Positions 39,057 to 49,611 of a stretch of DNA of 64,000 nucleotides are shown piece after piece. The notes beneath the pieces were generated by a model. The model saw only the letters and a program-made list of their open reading frames with translations. It searched no databases and was not told the origin of the DNA. Location of the stretch: NCBI GenBank assembly GCA_045629745.1, contig JAZQRU010000004.1:29614-93613 (forward strand), in the 5' to 3' direction. The position numbers and the translations under genes are program-made. Each line of letters starts with the position of its first letter. The first letter of the stretch is position 1. This DNA is from Eubacteriales bacterium (GTDB lineage Bacteria > Bacillota > Clostridia > Oscillospirales > CAG-272).

Positions 39057-41648
39057 TTAAAATATCTTGTACAGGACCCGTCTGATTACCTCAAACGGAA
39101 TAACGGTAAAAGCAAGCAATATCACGTATATGAGCTCTTGGAGAGTAAGCGGCGCAGTTCTAAAAGCGGTGCCGCCAAAATAAATCATTAGTATTTGTAT
39201 CATGGAAATTAGCGCCATAATTATCAGAAAAAGCTTGTTTTTTCTTAAGTTTGAAAGTATAAAAACTCGCTCGCAACGCGCGCCGAAGCAATTAAACAAG
39301 CCTGCAAAAATAAATAGCGCGTAAAATGCCGTCATATGATATATATTACCTTCCGAAGCGCGAAAAAGTCCCTTTATCGCGCCAAGCCTTAAAAATATGA
39401 AGCACAAAAACAAGGTATAAGCACCCGTTATGGCAATATGATTTATCATTTCTCGCGATAAAATCGGTTCGTCGCGCCGTTTCGGCTTTTCTTTCATATA
39501 ATATTCTAGCGCAGGCTCGCCTGAAAATGCGAGACCGCCGAGAGTATCCATAACGATATTAACCCAAAGCATCTGAATGATAGTTATAGGACTGTCAATG
39601 CCTAAGAATTGTCCTATAAGCGAAATGCCGCAAGCAGCAAGATTCATAATAAGCTGAAAGGAAATAAATTTCCTTATGGATTTAAATATAGTTCTGCCGT
39701 AAAGTATAGTTCTGTTTATCGCAAGAAAGCTGTTGTCAAGAATTAAAATATCCCCTGCATCCTTAGCAATATCCGCACCGCTTTCCATTGCAAACCCTAT
39801 ATCTGCAAGCTTTAAAGATGGCGCGTCGTTAATTCCGTCACCTGTCATACCGACAACGAGATTTAATTCTTGAGAAATCCGCACAAGCCTGGTTTTATCC
39901 TGCGGAAGCGCCCTCGCAATAACTCTTAAAGCTGGAAGAGCGCTCTTCAATTCCTCGTCTGTCATAAGCTTTAATTCGTCGCTCGTAATAACCGCACTTT
40001 CGTCGTAGCCCGATAAAATTCCTGCCTCTCTTGCAATTGCCGCAGCAGTTTCGCGGCTGTCGCCCGTAAGCATAACTATCTGAACTCCCGCACACTTCAC
40101 TCCGCGTACTGCTTCCTTAACGTTATTTCTTAATTTATCGCGCAAAACTATAAGCGATAAAAATATGTAAGCGGATTTTTTAGAGGGCTTATATGCAACT
40201 GCAATTACGCGCTCGCCGCATCTTGCATTGGAAAAAAAGGACTGCTCGGTCTTTATTCTGTCAAATGGCTCGTATTCACCGCTTGCGGTGAGCGCATATT
40301 CCGACTCTCTTAAAATTATTTCGGGCGCGCCTTTTATAAGCTCACTTCCGTCTTTAAAGCATACTTTGGAAAATTTGTTTTCACTGTTAAATGGGAGCTT
40401 TTCACTAACCGCCATTAAAGGCTTTTCTTCAGCGGTAAAATATTTTCTTATAGCCTTATCCGTTGCGTTTCCGCCGAGAATTTTATTGCCCGAGTATTCG
40501 CTTTCGGTGTTATAAAGCGCAGATAGGAGAAGAAGTTTGTATAATTCTTTATTTTTCTTAAGCGCGTTAATACTGTTATAGCATTCGTCTTGCGAAATAA
40601 TTTTATCGCATTCAAGGTTTCCTGTGGTAATCGTTCCTGTTTTATCAGTAAAAAGAATATTGAGCGAGCCTGCCGTTTCAATACCGACAAGCTTTTTGAC
40701 AAGCACACCGTCTTTAAGCATTTTCTTCATATTAGCGGACAAAACGACTGTCACCATCATAGGCAATCCCTCGGGTGCTGCAACAACAACAACGGTTATC
40801 ATAAGTGTCAATGCGTGCAAAATGACTGATGCGAGATTTTTAAAATCTCTGAGGCTTGCAATGATTTTTTCACCGATAAATCCGTTATCAACGACAAGGG
40901 TGTTAAAAAGATAAAAAAATCCAACTAAACCCGCCATTACGTAGCCGATTTTGCTTATTTGTGACGCAAGATGGGAAAGCCTGAGCTTCAAAGGGCTTAT
41001 TCTCGTTTCCTTTTGAACGTCGTGCGCTATCATTCCGAAATAGCTTTGAAGTCCAACTCTTTTAACTACGAAAATTCCGTTTCCCTCTACAACAATTGAT
41101 CCGCGGAAAAGCTTTTCGGGCGAGGAAAGGTCCCATTCACCGATGCATTTCCCTGCCGTTTTCATAACCTCTCGCCCCTCACCGTTCAAGGCGGATTGGT
41201 CGACCTTTATTTTCCCCGAAACAAGTACACCGTCTGCCTGTATCTTCTCTCCTGCCGAAACGTAAACAACGTCGCCAACCACAAGCTCCGACGGCGAAAG
41301 CTCAATAATTTCACCATCACGCAAAGCTCTTACTTTATTATCAAGCTCGTCTTCCTTTAATCTTTTGAAAGCCTTTTCGCTTCCAAGCTCCGACACTGTG
41401 GAAACGGTAGTTGCTATAAGAATTGCGCTTATAATTCCAAAAAGCTCAAGATAATTACAGTTCCCGAAGGAAACCGCAATTTCTATAATAACCGCAAAAA
41501 TCAAAACCTTGATAATCGGATCGTTAAGATTATCGAAGAATTTTCTGAAAAATCCTTTCCCCTTTTCCTTTTCCAAGGAATTTGCGCCGTGCTTTTTTCG
41601 GGATTTTTCAACCTCTTCGCGTGAAAGTCCTATAATTTCTTTAGTCAT
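39057..41648 (-). CDS. P-type cation-transporting ATPase (P2/Ca2+-type, YloB-like)
   Basis: 863 aa with the M4 motif 'AAPEGLPMMVT', the phosphorylation site 'FTDKTGTITTG' and the hinge 'MTGDGINDAPSLK'. Confidence 0.92.
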   Translation of the reverse strand: MTKEIIGLSREEVEKSRKKHGANSLEKEKGKGFFRKFFDNLNDPIIKVLIFAVIIEIAVSFGNCNYLELFGIISAILIATTVSTVSELGSEKAFKRLKEDELDNKVRALRDGEIIELSPSELVVGDVVYVSAGEKIQADGVLVSGKIKVDQSALNGEGREVMKTAGKCIGEWDLSSPEKLFRGSIVVEGNGIFVVKRVGLQSYFGMIAHDVQKETRISPLKLRLSHLASQISKIGYVMAGLVGFFYLFNTLVVDNGFIGEKIIASLRDFKNLASVILHALTLMITVVVVAAPEGLPMMVTVVLSANMKKMLKDGVLVKKLVGIETAGSLNILFTDKTGTITTGNLECDKIISQDECYNSINALKKNKELYKLLLLSALYNTESEYSGNKILGGNATDKAIRKYFTAEEKPLMAVSEKLPFNSENKFSKVCFKDGSELIKGAPEIILRESEYALTASGEYEPFDRIKTEQSFFSNARCGERVIAVAYKPSKKSAYIFLSLIVLRDKLRNNVKEAVRGVKCAGVQIVMLTGDSRETAAAIAREAGILSGYDESAVITSDELKLMTDEELKSALPALRVIARALPQDKTRLVRISQELNLVVGMTGDGINDAPSLKLADIGFAMESGADIAKDAGDILILDNSFLAINRTILYGRTIFKSIRKFISFQLIMNLAACGISLIGQFLGIDSPITIIQMLWVNIVMDTLGGLAFSGEPALEYYMKEKPKRRDEPILSREMINHIAITGAYTLFLCFIFLRLGAIKGLFRASEGNIYHMTAFYALFIFAGLFNCFGARCERVFILSNLRKNKLFLIIMALISMIQILMIYFGGTAFRTAPLTLQELIYVILLAFTVIPFEVIRRVLYKIF

Positions 41649-41705
41649 TTTATTCCCCCTCGCCTATTTAATTAAATATATGAGCGATGGGCTTGATAAA
41701 TGAAA

Positions 41706-41733
41706 AATGCCGATACAAAATCGGCATTTGATT
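41706..41733 (-). terminator. Terminator between the deacetylase gene and the ATPase gene
   Basis: The stem aatgccgat (41706-41714) pairs with atcggcatt (41720-41728), with a T-run on the minus strand. Confidence 0.6.
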
Positions 41734-41734
41734 G

Positions 41735-42973
41735 TTATTTTATAATTGTTACGGTTTCAGAGGGTGCTACGTTAACGTAAACGTACTTCTCTCCGTCGTC
41801 GTTTTCAGAAATTGAAAGCTCGCTTTCGCCCACCTTTGCGGAAGTCCACGATTTAGGTACGGAAACTTTTACGGTAAGAGGCATATTGAATACCTCTGAG
41901 TCAAGCTCGCACTCCAGCTTTACGGAAATGGAGCTTTCACCTGACACAGTAGCAGTGATTTTCGCTTCTTTCCATTCTCTATAGTAAATTGAAGCTTCGG
42001 TGAAATTTGCAACCCAAGCTACACCGTTGTTTGAAAGGGTGTGCGCATATTTGAAAAGCGCGTAAATTTGCTCCTCGTATACTCTCCACTTTCCTCTTAT
42101 ATCCGTGCCCTGAGGGGAAAGCGAATGTATGCAAAAGCAAGCCCAACCGCCCGAATTTACGGCATCGTCTATGTATTTTTCCCAAGCTTCAATTCCCGCA
42201 GCCAAGCAAAGCTCTTTTGAAGAATTTTCGTCAGTTGTATACGTAGCGTCGCATAAAAGCTTCGTGCTATGTCTTGCCAAAGCGTACGAAGAAACTCTAA
42301 ATGGGTTATAAGTGCTTGCTAAATTTACCTTTTTTCCAGTTGTGCGCACACCAATATATACGGTACCGCTGTCAAGAGTTTTTAAATACTCCGGATTTGA
42401 TATAGTGCCGACTCCGGGCATAACGTAGCAAAGGCTATCTGCCGAGCAAAGCTCCGATAAAATCGCTTGTGAAGCCTTAAGCTCAAATTCAGGGTCGCTC
42501 TCAACTCCTTCAGTAGTGTGAGAATACGAGTGGCTTAAAACATCAACTCCCTCTACCTCTGCGGCTCTTTTCCAAAACTCATATTTATACTGTGTTTTTG
42601 AAAAAATCGAATCTGGTATCGGAATATAGGAATATTTTTCAGGTGTAAAATTAAATCCCTCCCCCTTCTTTTCCGCGCTTGCAAGCCGATTGCATATTAT
42701 TGCAAAGCTCGGACGCACCGAGGGATATTTTTTCATAAGCTTTGAAATTATAATATCTGCGCTCGTAAGGTCGCCGTCATCGAAAACAAAGGTAATTACG
42801 GCATTTTTTCCGTCTTTATTTACCACCTCTGCCTTGATTTCGGGATTTTCTCTATGCTTAAAGCTTACTTCACAGTCCACAGTGTTTTCTCCATCTTCTG
42901 AGCTTACGGTAATTTTAGCAACACCGCCATTTTCTTCAAGTGGTATTATCTTAGTCGCAACTCGTGAATTCAA
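41735..42973 (-). CDS. Polysaccharide deacetylase (NodB-like) family protein
   Basis: 412 aa with NodB motif 1 'ITFVFDDGD' and a His motif 'LSHSYSHT'. It uses a TTG start after gagagg. No obvious signal peptide is present. Confidence 0.65.
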   Translation of the reverse strand: MNSRVATKIIPLEENGGVAKITVSSEDGENTVDCEVSFKHRENPEIKAEVVNKDGKNAVITFVFDDGDLTSADIIISKLMKKYPSVRPSFAIICNRLASAEKKGEGFNFTPEKYSYIPIPDSIFSKTQYKYEFWKRAAEVEGVDVLSHSYSHTTEGVESDPEFELKASQAILSELCSADSLCYVMPGVGTISNPEYLKTLDSGTVYIGVRTTGKKVNLASTYNPFRVSSYALARHSTKLLCDATYTTDENSSKELCLAAGIEAWEKYIDDAVNSGGWACFCIHSLSPQGTDIRGKWRVYEEQIYALFKYAHTLSNNGVAWVANFTEASIYYREWKEAKITATVSGESSISVKLECELDSEVFNMPLTVKVSVPKSWTSAKVGESELSISENDDGEKYVYVNVAPSETVTIIK

Positions 42974-43000
42974 GTTTTTTTACCTCTCATACTTTTTCCC

Positions 43001-43210
43001 AAAATAAAACCCGCGAGAGCCGTGTATCGCAATTTTTAACCCTGTATATACAGGTGGGTGCCCTCTCTGCCACGTCGCGCTTCCAACGTCCGATGGCGGA
43101 AGTAATAAATAGTTCCGTTCGGGAGGCCTGCATCTTGATAGCAGAAGCCCGAGCTCCCTTTTATCGTGTGTAGGTTCAAATATGGCGATATCACGCACAC
43201 CGCAGGAATT
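43001..43210 (-). ncRNA. Candidate 6S RNA (ssrS-like) or other structured RNA of about 200 nt
   Basis: The 243-nt gap has no credible ORF. On the minus strand the 5' segment cctgcgg-tgt-gcgtg-atatcgc pairs with the 3' segment gcgata-cacg-gctct-cgcggg, about 16 bp in three helices, and a U-tract follows. A second long-range helix pairs gggagctcgggcttctgc with ggcagagagggcaccc. A single-stranded 'atttgaacctacac' and a small 3' hairpin cctgtatatacagg give the rod-with-central-bubble shape expected for 6S. Confidence 0.45.
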
Positions 43211-43216
43211 TTAAAA

Positions 43217-43522
43217 TTATTCAGCGTCGTAATCGATTTCGTTAAAAAGCAAATCGTTAAAATAATCCTCAACCTTTTCAAATTCTTCGTCATCATCAAC
43301 GGTTTCAAGGATTTGATCGTCACCCTCACCGCTTACGCGGAGAATAACGTACTCTTCGCTCTCTTCGTCATCTTTAGGCATAAGAGCATAGTAAAGCTTA
43401 TCTTCGATAGTTGCCTCTGCTATAAGCAGAAATTCAAACTCTTCGCCCGTTTCCTCGTCGGTAAGTGTGATTATAGAGCTTTCAAGCTCCTCTTCGGGAA
43501 TGCTGTTCTGATTGTCCTGCAT
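43217..43522 (-). CDS. DUF1292-domain protein
   Basis: 101-aa acidic protein. 'ITLTDEETGEEFEFLLIAEATIEDKLYYALMP...EYVILRV' matches the DUF1292 pattern. Confidence 0.75.
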   Translation of the reverse strand: MQDNQNSIPEEELESSIITLTDEETGEEFEFLLIAEATIEDKLYYALMPKDDEESEEYVILRVSGEGDDQILETVDDDEEFEKVEDYFNDLLFNEIDYDAE

Positions 43523-43562
43523 TTTCTTTTTCTCCTTTATGTATGTTTTGTTGTAGCTTTAG

Positions 43563-44690
43563 CTACAGTAAATCGGAAAGTATTGCGTTGCTTAAATAAA
43601 ATCCTCGCTCCGTTAAGGAAATTCTTTCTCCGTCAAAATTCAAAAGTCCGAGATTTACGTAATTTTCAAGCTTCTCTTTTCTATCCGCAAGAAAATCCTC
43701 GCTAAAATTGAATTTGTAATCGATAAGTGAAAATCCTTCCTTTAAGCGAAGTCTAAGCATCGCGTATTCGTATGCCACGTCACCTTTCGATATTTTCTCT
43801 TCCGTTTTGTATTGTTCCACGTCTTGAGATAAATATTCCGAAAGCTTTTCTGAGTTAGTAAGCCTTTGACTCATAAAGAGCGAATGAGCCGCAAGTCCTA
43901 CGCCGATATATTCCTCTCTGTGCCAATAAATGAGATTATGGCGCGACTCGAAGCCGGGCTTTGCATAATTTGAAATTTCATAATGGGAATAGCCGTTTTC
44001 GGAAAGCTTCTTTGCAGCAAGAAAATACATATCCGCTTCCGCATCCTCACTCGGTAAAACGAGATTTTTTTCCATTCTTCCAAAAGGTGTATTTTCTTCT
44101 ACCATAAGTCCGTAAACGGAGATATGAGGCACGCCAAGAGCTGAAACGTAATCGAGAGCTTCTGCAAAGCTTTCCGCAGTTTGCTCAGGAATTCCGTACA
44201 TTAAATCTACGTTTATATTATCAAATCCAGCTTCAAAAGCCATAGCTAATGACTTTTCAAAATCGGCAAGATTATGTATTCTGCCGAGCTTTTTCATCTC
44301 GTTTTCGTGAATTGACTGCAACCCTATGCTCAATCTGTTAACTCCGCGAGTACGAAAATTCAAAAGCTTTTCAGGAGATAGAGTTTTGGGATTTGCCTCA
44401 ACGGTAAACTCGGAAAGCAAGCTTAAATCAAAGCTTTCGCTGATTGCGTCGTGTATTCTTGAAAACTCCTCGATAGTTAAAAGAGAGGGCGTTCCTCCGC
44501 CAAAAAACACGGTGTTAAGCCTTAATTTCACGTCGCTTTTGTAGGATTTTATTTCATTTATCAAGGACTGAATATATAATTCTCTGAAATCCTCTGTGAG
44601 ATTATCAAATGAACAAAAATCACAGTAATTGCACTTTTTAAGACAAAATGGAATATGAACGTAAAGTCCTCTCATATCAGTTGCCGTCAT
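43563..44690 (-). CDS. hemW: Radical SAM heme chaperone HemW (coproporphyrinogen III oxidase-like)
   Basis: CxxxCxxC cluster '[16 protein letters not shown]' and the conserved lepA-hemW pairing. The start is taken at ATG 44690, which overlaps the lepA stop; ATG 44675 is an alternative. The track ORF runs further into lepA. Confidence 0.9.
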   Translation of the reverse strand: MTATDMRGLYVHIPFCLKKCNYCDFCSFDNLTEDFRELYIQSLINEIKSYKSDVKLRLNTVFFGGGTPSLLTIEEFSRIHDAISESFDLSLLSEFTVEANPKTLSPEKLLNFRTRGVNRLSIGLQSIHENEMKKLGRIHNLADFEKSLAMAFEAGFDNINVDLMYGIPEQTAESFAEALDYVSALGVPHISVYGLMVEENTPFGRMEKNLVLPSEDAEADMYFLAAKKLSENGYSHYEISNYAKPGFESRHNLIYWHREEYIGVGLAAHSLFMSQRLTNSEKLSEYLSQDVEQYKTEEKISKGDVAYEYAMLRLRLKEGFSLIDYKFNFSEDFLADRKEKLENYVNLGLLNFDGERISLTERGFYLSNAILSDLL

Positions 44691-46491
44691 CAAGTCTGAG
44701 AACTGCCATAAATGCCTCGGGCGTAACCTCAACGCTGCCAAGCTTACGCATCTTCTTTTTACCCTCTTTTTGCTTTTCGAGAAGCTTCTTCTTTCGGGTA
44801 ATATCACCGCCGTAGCACTTTGCAAGAACGTCCTTTCGCATTGCCTTTACGGTTTCCCTAGCTATAATCTTTGAGCCTATTGCCGCCTGTATCGGAATTT
44901 CAAAGAGCTGTCGCGGAATATTCTCCTTAAGCTTTTCGGCAATTTTTCTCGCTCTTGCATAAGCTCTGTCCTCAAAAACTATAAAGGAAAGCGCGTCAAC
45001 TACCTCACCGTTTAACATAAAGTCAAGCTTAACGAGCTTTGATTCCTTATATCCCTTTAACTCATAGTCAAGCGATGCGTAGCCTTTTGAACGGCTCTTA
45101 AGCGCGTCAAAAAAGTCGTATATAATTTCGTTAAGCGGAAGCTCGTAGTGAATTTCCGCCCTTTCGGTGTCAATATACTTCATATCAATGAAAACACCGC
45201 GTCTGTCTTGGCAAAGGTCCATAATTCCGCCGATATACTCAGATGGAGTTATAATGTTAGCCTTCATTATAGGCTCGTAAGCCTTTTGTATCTCGTCAAG
45301 CGTCGGGAAGGCAGAAGGATTATCGATAAGCACGGTTTCACCCGAGCGAAGCTCAACCTTGTAAATAACCGAAGGAGCAGTTGTTATAAGGTCGAGGTTA
45401 AATTCTCTTTCAAGGCGCTCTTCGATGATTTCCATATGAAGAAGTCCCAAAAATCCAGAGCGGAAGCCAAATCCGAGTGCAACGGAGGTTTCCGGCTCGA
45501 AAACCAAGGACGCGTCGTTAAGCTGAAGCTTCTCAAGAGCTTCCCTGAGGTCGCCGTAGCGCGCGCCGTCTGCGGGATAGATACCCGAATAAACCATAGG
45601 ATGCACGTCTCGAAAGCCCGGCAAAGGCTCTGACGCGGGATTATCCGCAAGAGTTACAGTATCTCCGACTCTCGTTTCACCGACAGTCTTTATTGAAGCG
45701 GTTATATAGCCAACCTCACCGGGTGTCAACGCGTCACAGCTCTTAAGTCCGAAAGGCTCCATTGTGCCGACCTCAACGACATCAAATTCGGCGCCGAGCG
45801 CCATAAGTCTTATTTTATCTCCCGCCTTTAAAGAGCCGTCAAAAACTCTTATATAAACCACAACTCCAAGATAAGAGTCGTAGTGTGAGTCGAAAATAAG
45901 AGCCTTAAGTGGCGCGTTTATATCTCCCTTTGGTGTAGGAATATGCGTTACCACCTTTTCAAGCACGTCTTCAATATTAAGACCGCATTTTGCGGAAATC
46001 GCTGGCGAATCGTCTGCGGGGATACCGATAATATCCTCTATTTCGCGTCTTGTTCCCTCAATATCCGCGGAAGCCAAGTCAATTTTATTGATAACGGGCA
46101 AAATTTCAAGGTCGTTATCTATTGCAAGATATGCATTTGCAAGCGTCTGCGCTTCAACCCCCTGAGTCGCGTCAACAACGAGAAGCGCACCCTCGCAAGC
46201 CTTGAGTGAGCGCGAAACCTCGTAGCCAAAGTCAACGTGACCGGGAGTGTCTATAAGGTTAAATATATAATCTTCTCCGTCGGATGCAGTGTAATTAAGT
46301 CTTACCGCGCGTGCCTTTATAGTAATTCCGCGCTCGCGCTCGAGGTCCATATTGTCAAGTATCTGCTCTTCCATATCGCGCACGGCAACGGTTCTCGTTT
46401 TTTCAAGAAGTCTATCCGCAAGGGTTGACTTTCCGTGGTCGATATGCGCTATTATAGAGAAGTTTCTTATATGCTTTTGTTTATCTGTCAC
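44677..46491 (-). CDS. lepA: Translation elongation factor 4 (LepA)
   Basis: 604 aa with G motifs '[13 protein letters not shown]', 'DTPGHVDF' and 'NKID', and the LepA C-terminal domain. Confidence 0.97.
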   Translation of the reverse strand: MTDKQKHIRNFSIIAHIDHGKSTLADRLLEKTRTVAVRDMEEQILDNMDLERERGITIKARAVRLNYTASDGEDYIFNLIDTPGHVDFGYEVSRSLKACEGALLVVDATQGVEAQTLANAYLAIDNDLEILPVINKIDLASADIEGTRREIEDIIGIPADDSPAISAKCGLNIEDVLEKVVTHIPTPKGDINAPLKALIFDSHYDSYLGVVVYIRVFDGSLKAGDKIRLMALGAEFDVVEVGTMEPFGLKSCDALTPGEVGYITASIKTVGETRVGDTVTLADNPASEPLPGFRDVHPMVYSGIYPADGARYGDLREALEKLQLNDASLVFEPETSVALGFGFRSGFLGLLHMEIIEERLEREFNLDLITTAPSVIYKVELRSGETVLIDNPSAFPTLDEIQKAYEPIMKANIITPSEYIGGIMDLCQDRRGVFIDMKYIDTERAEIHYELPLNEIIYDFFDALKSRSKGYASLDYELKGYKESKLVKLDFMLNGEVVDALSFIVFEDRAYARARKIAEKLKENIPRQLFEIPIQAAIGSKIIARETVKAMRKDVLAKCYGGDITRKKKLLEKQKEGKKKMRKLGSVEVTPEAFMAVLRLDDGN

Positions 46492-46492
46492 T

Positions 46493-48223
46493 TTAAATAT
46501 CCGCTAACTTTCTTGCTCTTTCGGCATAAATGGCGCACTTACCGTCAAGCACCGACTTATCGCTTTCGTGAGCGAGTATATAAATTTTGATTTTAGGCTC
46601 TGTTCCTGAGGGACGAACAATAATTTTATCACCGTTTTCAAGCGTATAAATAAGAACGTCTGACGATGGCTCGCCAAGCTCCGTCGCCTTACCGGTAGCA
46701 AGCTCGGTTACGGTGTTTGCTTTATAATCCGCGCAGGTCTTAACCTTGTATTTGCCGAAAGATGCGGGAGTGTTGTCGCGAAGCCCCTGCATAACTCTCT
46801 TTCGTCTTTCAATTCCGTCAAGACCTTCCATATAAATATCAATGGTTTTTTCTGCAAAGAAGCCGTACTTCTCATAAAGCTTATCAAGAGCATCGGAGAG
46901 AGTAAGTCCCTGCTTTTTGTAATAGGCCGTCATTTCAAGAATGGACATTGAAGCGCCAACCGCATCCTTATCTCTTGCATAAGTGCCGAGAAGATAACCG
47001 TAGCTTTCCTCAAATCCGAGAAGGAAGCCGTCTTCCTCACCTCGCGCCTCATAATTCTTGATAACCTCACCGATAAACTTGAAGCCTGTGAGAACGGAAT
47101 GGATTACAATGCCGTTTTCCTCGGCTATCTTATTAGCCATCTCGGTTGAAACTATACTTTTAACGCAATATGCATTCTTAGTAAGAGTTCCGAGAGCTTT
47201 TTTCTGCGAGATTACGTAATCGAGAAGCAAAGCGCCCATCTGGTTACCCGAAATCGTCGCAAAGCTTCCGTCTTTCGTTCTCGTCATAACTCCAACTCTG
47301 TCAGAGTCGGGGTCCGTTGCTATTACAAGGTCGGAGCCGACGTCGTTTGCTATTTTGATTCCAAGCTCAAAAACCTCTTTATATTCGGGGTTCGGCTTTG
47401 CAACCGTCGGGAAATTGCCGTCTATTACCATCTGCTCAGGCACGGTATAAAGATATTTAAGCCCGACCTTCTTAAAAATTTTGGGAACAAGCTTGTATCC
47501 CGCGCCGTGAAGAGGTGTGTAAACAACCTTCAATTCGTCACAAACCTCGCGCACAGCGTCGGGGTTAGACATAGTTTTCAAAACCTTTGATAAATAAAGC
47601 TCGTCAAAATCGCTTGAAAGAACCTCAATAAGTCCTTTTGATTTTGCTTCTTCAAAGTCCATAAGACCTGAGAGGTCGAGAACGTCAAACTTGCTTCTCT
47701 CCTCGGAAACTATCTTAGCCTGTTCGGGAGCAAGCTGAGCTCCGTCTTCCCAATAAGCCTTATAGCCGTTATATTCCTTGGGATTATGAGAAGCCGTAAT
47801 GTTAATTCCAGCAAGAGTATTAAGCTCACGCACTGCAAACGAAAGCTCGGGAGTGGGACGAAGAGAATCAAATATATAAACCTTAATTCCCGCGCCTGCA
47901 AGCACGGAAGCGCTTATCTTGGCAAACGACTCGGAATTATTGCGGGAGTCGTAGCATATTGCAACACCTCGCTCCTCACCGCTAAGACTTTTAACGAGAG
48001 CTGCAATACCGCGAGTTGTTTGAGCAACTGTAAATCGGTTCATATTTGCCGTTCCGAGATACATCGTTGAACGAAGACCCGCCGTTCCGAAATCCATAAG
48101 AGAGGAAAAACGAAGCTCTTTTGTCTCTTCGTTATCGGAAATTTTTGCGAGCTCTTCCTTTTCCGCATCGGTAAGCGCATCGGATGCGAGCCATCTTTGA
48201 TACTCTTTTTCGTAGCTGTTCAT
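46493..48223 (-). CDS. Phosphoglucomutase/phosphomannomutase (alpha-D-phosphohexomutase, PgcA-like)
   Basis: Active-site loop '[14 protein letters not shown]'. The ATG at 48223 follows GGAGG. Confidence 0.92.
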   Translation of the reverse strand: MNSYEKEYQRWLASDALTDAEKEELAKISDNEETKELRFSSLMDFGTAGLRSTMYLGTANMNRFTVAQTTRGIAALVKSLSGEERGVAICYDSRNNSESFAKISASVLAGAGIKVYIFDSLRPTPELSFAVRELNTLAGINITASHNPKEYNGYKAYWEDGAQLAPEQAKIVSEERSKFDVLDLSGLMDFEEAKSKGLIEVLSSDFDELYLSKVLKTMSNPDAVREVCDELKVVYTPLHGAGYKLVPKIFKKVGLKYLYTVPEQMVIDGNFPTVAKPNPEYKEVFELGIKIANDVGSDLVIATDPDSDRVGVMTRTKDGSFATISGNQMGALLLDYVISQKKALGTLTKNAYCVKSIVSTEMANKIAEENGIVIHSVLTGFKFIGEVIKNYEARGEEDGFLLGFEESYGYLLGTYARDKDAVGASMSILEMTAYYKKQGLTLSDALDKLYEKYGFFAEKTIDIYMEGLDGIERRKRVMQGLRDNTPASFGKYKVKTCADYKANTVTELATGKATELGEPSSDVLIYTLENGDKIIVRPSGTEPKIKIYILAHESDKSVLDGKCAIYAERARKLADI

Positions 48224-48242
48224 AAATAATCCTCCGAAATTA

Positions 48243-48491
48243 TTATTTATCGCTTTCAAGCGCCAACGCAAGTTGGTCTGGACAAGACGTTGATTTCATT
48301 CCGCACTTAATGCCCTTAAGTTTTTCGATAGTATCGTCTTTTTTCATTCCTTTTACTAACGAAGCAACACCAAAGGTGTTACCGGGGCAACCGCCGACGA
48401 ATTTACAATCAGTAATGACGTCACCGTCAAGCTCTATAAGTATTTTTTTGGAGCAAGTTCCTTTAGTATTATATTCGATAATCTTTCCCAT
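48243..48491 (-). CDS. TSCPD-domain mini-protein (TIGR03905-like, 4-Cys)
   Basis: 82 aa from the ATG at 48491, after AGGAG. It carries 'KGTCSKKI', 'FVGGCPGNTFG' and 'KSTSCPDQLA'. Confidence 0.75.
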   Translation of the reverse strand: MGKIIEYNTKGTCSKKILIELDGDVITDCKFVGGCPGNTFGVASLVKGMKKDDTIEKLKGIKCGMKSTSCPDQLALALESDK

Positions 48492-48505
48492 TTTTATATC
48501 TCCTG

Positions 48506-49459
48506 TCATTCAAGATTTTTATATATTCCAACCGACGTGTAATCGGATACGAACAAAGTAAGATAAGTAAGCATTTCGGTAAAATCCGAAGCCTCTCGCT
48601 TAAGAACAAGCGAGAAATACGGCAAGCTTCCGTCTTCTCCGTCGAAGCTTATGGTATTTACTCTGTAAAGCTCGATACCGAGCGACTCTGCAACCGAAAC
48701 AAGCTCCGAAAACTTAAACGTATCCGTCGCGGGAATACGAAGCTCAAGATATCTGTCGTCACCTTCCTCCATTGCGGGGAGCGAAACAGAGGGTGAAACA
48801 AGCGCATATTTCATATCCGCGTTTCCAAGAGCGCCAAAAACAGGTGTCACGGAATTTATTTTAAGCTCAGACCTATAAAGAATTTCCGTAATCGAGGAAA
48901 GTCTTGCACCGCCCTTTTCTTCAAGCGGTAAAATTGCATAGCCCGCCTCTGCTCTCGTAACAAGAGAGACGGCTTCCTTTATGTCTGATACGTATTTTAA
49001 GCGAGGCTCCTTAAAGCTATCCGCAAAAACGTCGTATGCTTCGTTTGCAAGTTGGCTTTTTACGTAGGCAATGCTCTCCTCGCGCTGCTCCTTCTCAAAA
49101 AAATCGCGCTCTGAAATAACAGCACCGCGCTCCGAAATTCCAGCAAGCAAAAGCCTTGCAAACGAGGCCTTATCAAAAACGGAAAAAGCCTTTGCGTAAA
49201 AGAGGAGCATTTCAAAATTTTCAGGAAGATGCTCTTTATGTATTTTATGCTCACCGTCTGTAAGCTCTGCGCCTATCAATGAAAGCGCCTCATAAATTCC
49301 GAATCCGCCGTTTAGCATTTCATAAACGATACGCGCGGACACGTCGGCAATCTCATAAAGCTCGCAAATGCGCCTTTCTGCCAAAACCGAGCCCATAAGC
49401 GAAAGCTCGTCTAAATTTGCGAGATTGTTTTTATTAGGTATAAATTCAATATCACTCAT
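48506..49459 (-). CDS. Hypothetical protein with a prephenate-dehydratase-like half-domain and an ACT-like C-terminus
   Basis: 317-aa ORF at the head of an operon. The segment 'IAYVKSQLANEAYDVF...AEAGYAILPLEEKGGARLSSITEIL...LKINSV' resembles the first lobe of PDT domains. The end 'FSLVLKRE...GIYKNLE' is ACT-like. The ~130-aa N-terminus matches no family I recognise. The ORF itself is confident; the functional call is weak. Confidence 0.45.
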   Translation of the reverse strand: MSDIEFIPNKNNLANLDELSLMGSVLAERRICELYEIADVSARIVYEMLNGGFGIYEALSLIGAELTDGEHKIHKEHLPENFEMLLFYAKAFSVFDKASFARLLLAGISERGAVISERDFFEKEQREESIAYVKSQLANEAYDVFADSFKEPRLKYVSDIKEAVSLVTRAEAGYAILPLEEKGGARLSSITEILYRSELKINSVTPVFGALGNADMKYALVSPSVSLPAMEEGDDRYLELRIPATDTFKFSELVSVAESLGIELYRVNTISFDGEDGSLPYFSLVLKREASDFTEMLTYLTLFVSDYTSVGIYKNLE

Positions 49460-49481
49460 AAACGCGCCTCCTCTCTTAAAT

Positions 49482-49510
49482 ATTATACAATAAAATATTT
49501 ATATTTACAA
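49482..49510 (-). promoter_or_regulatory. Putative sigma-A promoter of the PDT-like/TSCPD/phosphoglucomutase operon
   Basis: On the minus strand: TTGTAA (49510-49505), a 17-nt spacer, then TATAAT (49487-49482). A gagaggagg RBS precedes the ATG at 49459. Confidence 0.4.
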
Positions 49511-49553
49511 TAGCAACGCGAAATTTTTAGCAAAAATATTTTTTGACAAACTA

Positions 49554-49582
49554 TTGATTTTTTTTAAATACTATGCTATAAT
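49554..49582 (+). promoter_or_regulatory. Putative sigma-A promoter (extended -10) of tRNA-Leu
   Basis: TTGATT (49554-49559), a 17-nt spacer, then TGcTATAAT with the hexamer at 49577-49582. The tRNA begins at 49612. Confidence 0.5.
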
Positions 49583-49611
49583 TATCGGCGTGGCATACAG
49601 TCACACACTAT

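Noticed and set aside
43001-43210. Reading the structured gap as a T-box, SAM, TPP, glycine, lysine, cobalamin or c-di-AMP riboswitch, or as SRP RNA.
   Set aside because: I could not find any of the conserved cores. There is no T-box GGUGGUACCGCG, no SAM-I GAGGGA...GCAACC, no TPP CUGAGA/ACCUGAUCUGG and no glycine CACCGAAGGGGCAA. There is also no SRP domain IV GGAA...AGCAGCC. The 3' arm pairs with the extreme 5' end rather than forming a compact terminator.
43166-43705. 179-aa plus-strand ORF spanning the DUF1292 gene and the 3' end of hemW.
   Set aside because: It runs antisense to two well-supported genes and crosses their intergenic gap. It has phenylalanine/leucine-rich nonsense composition and no RBS.
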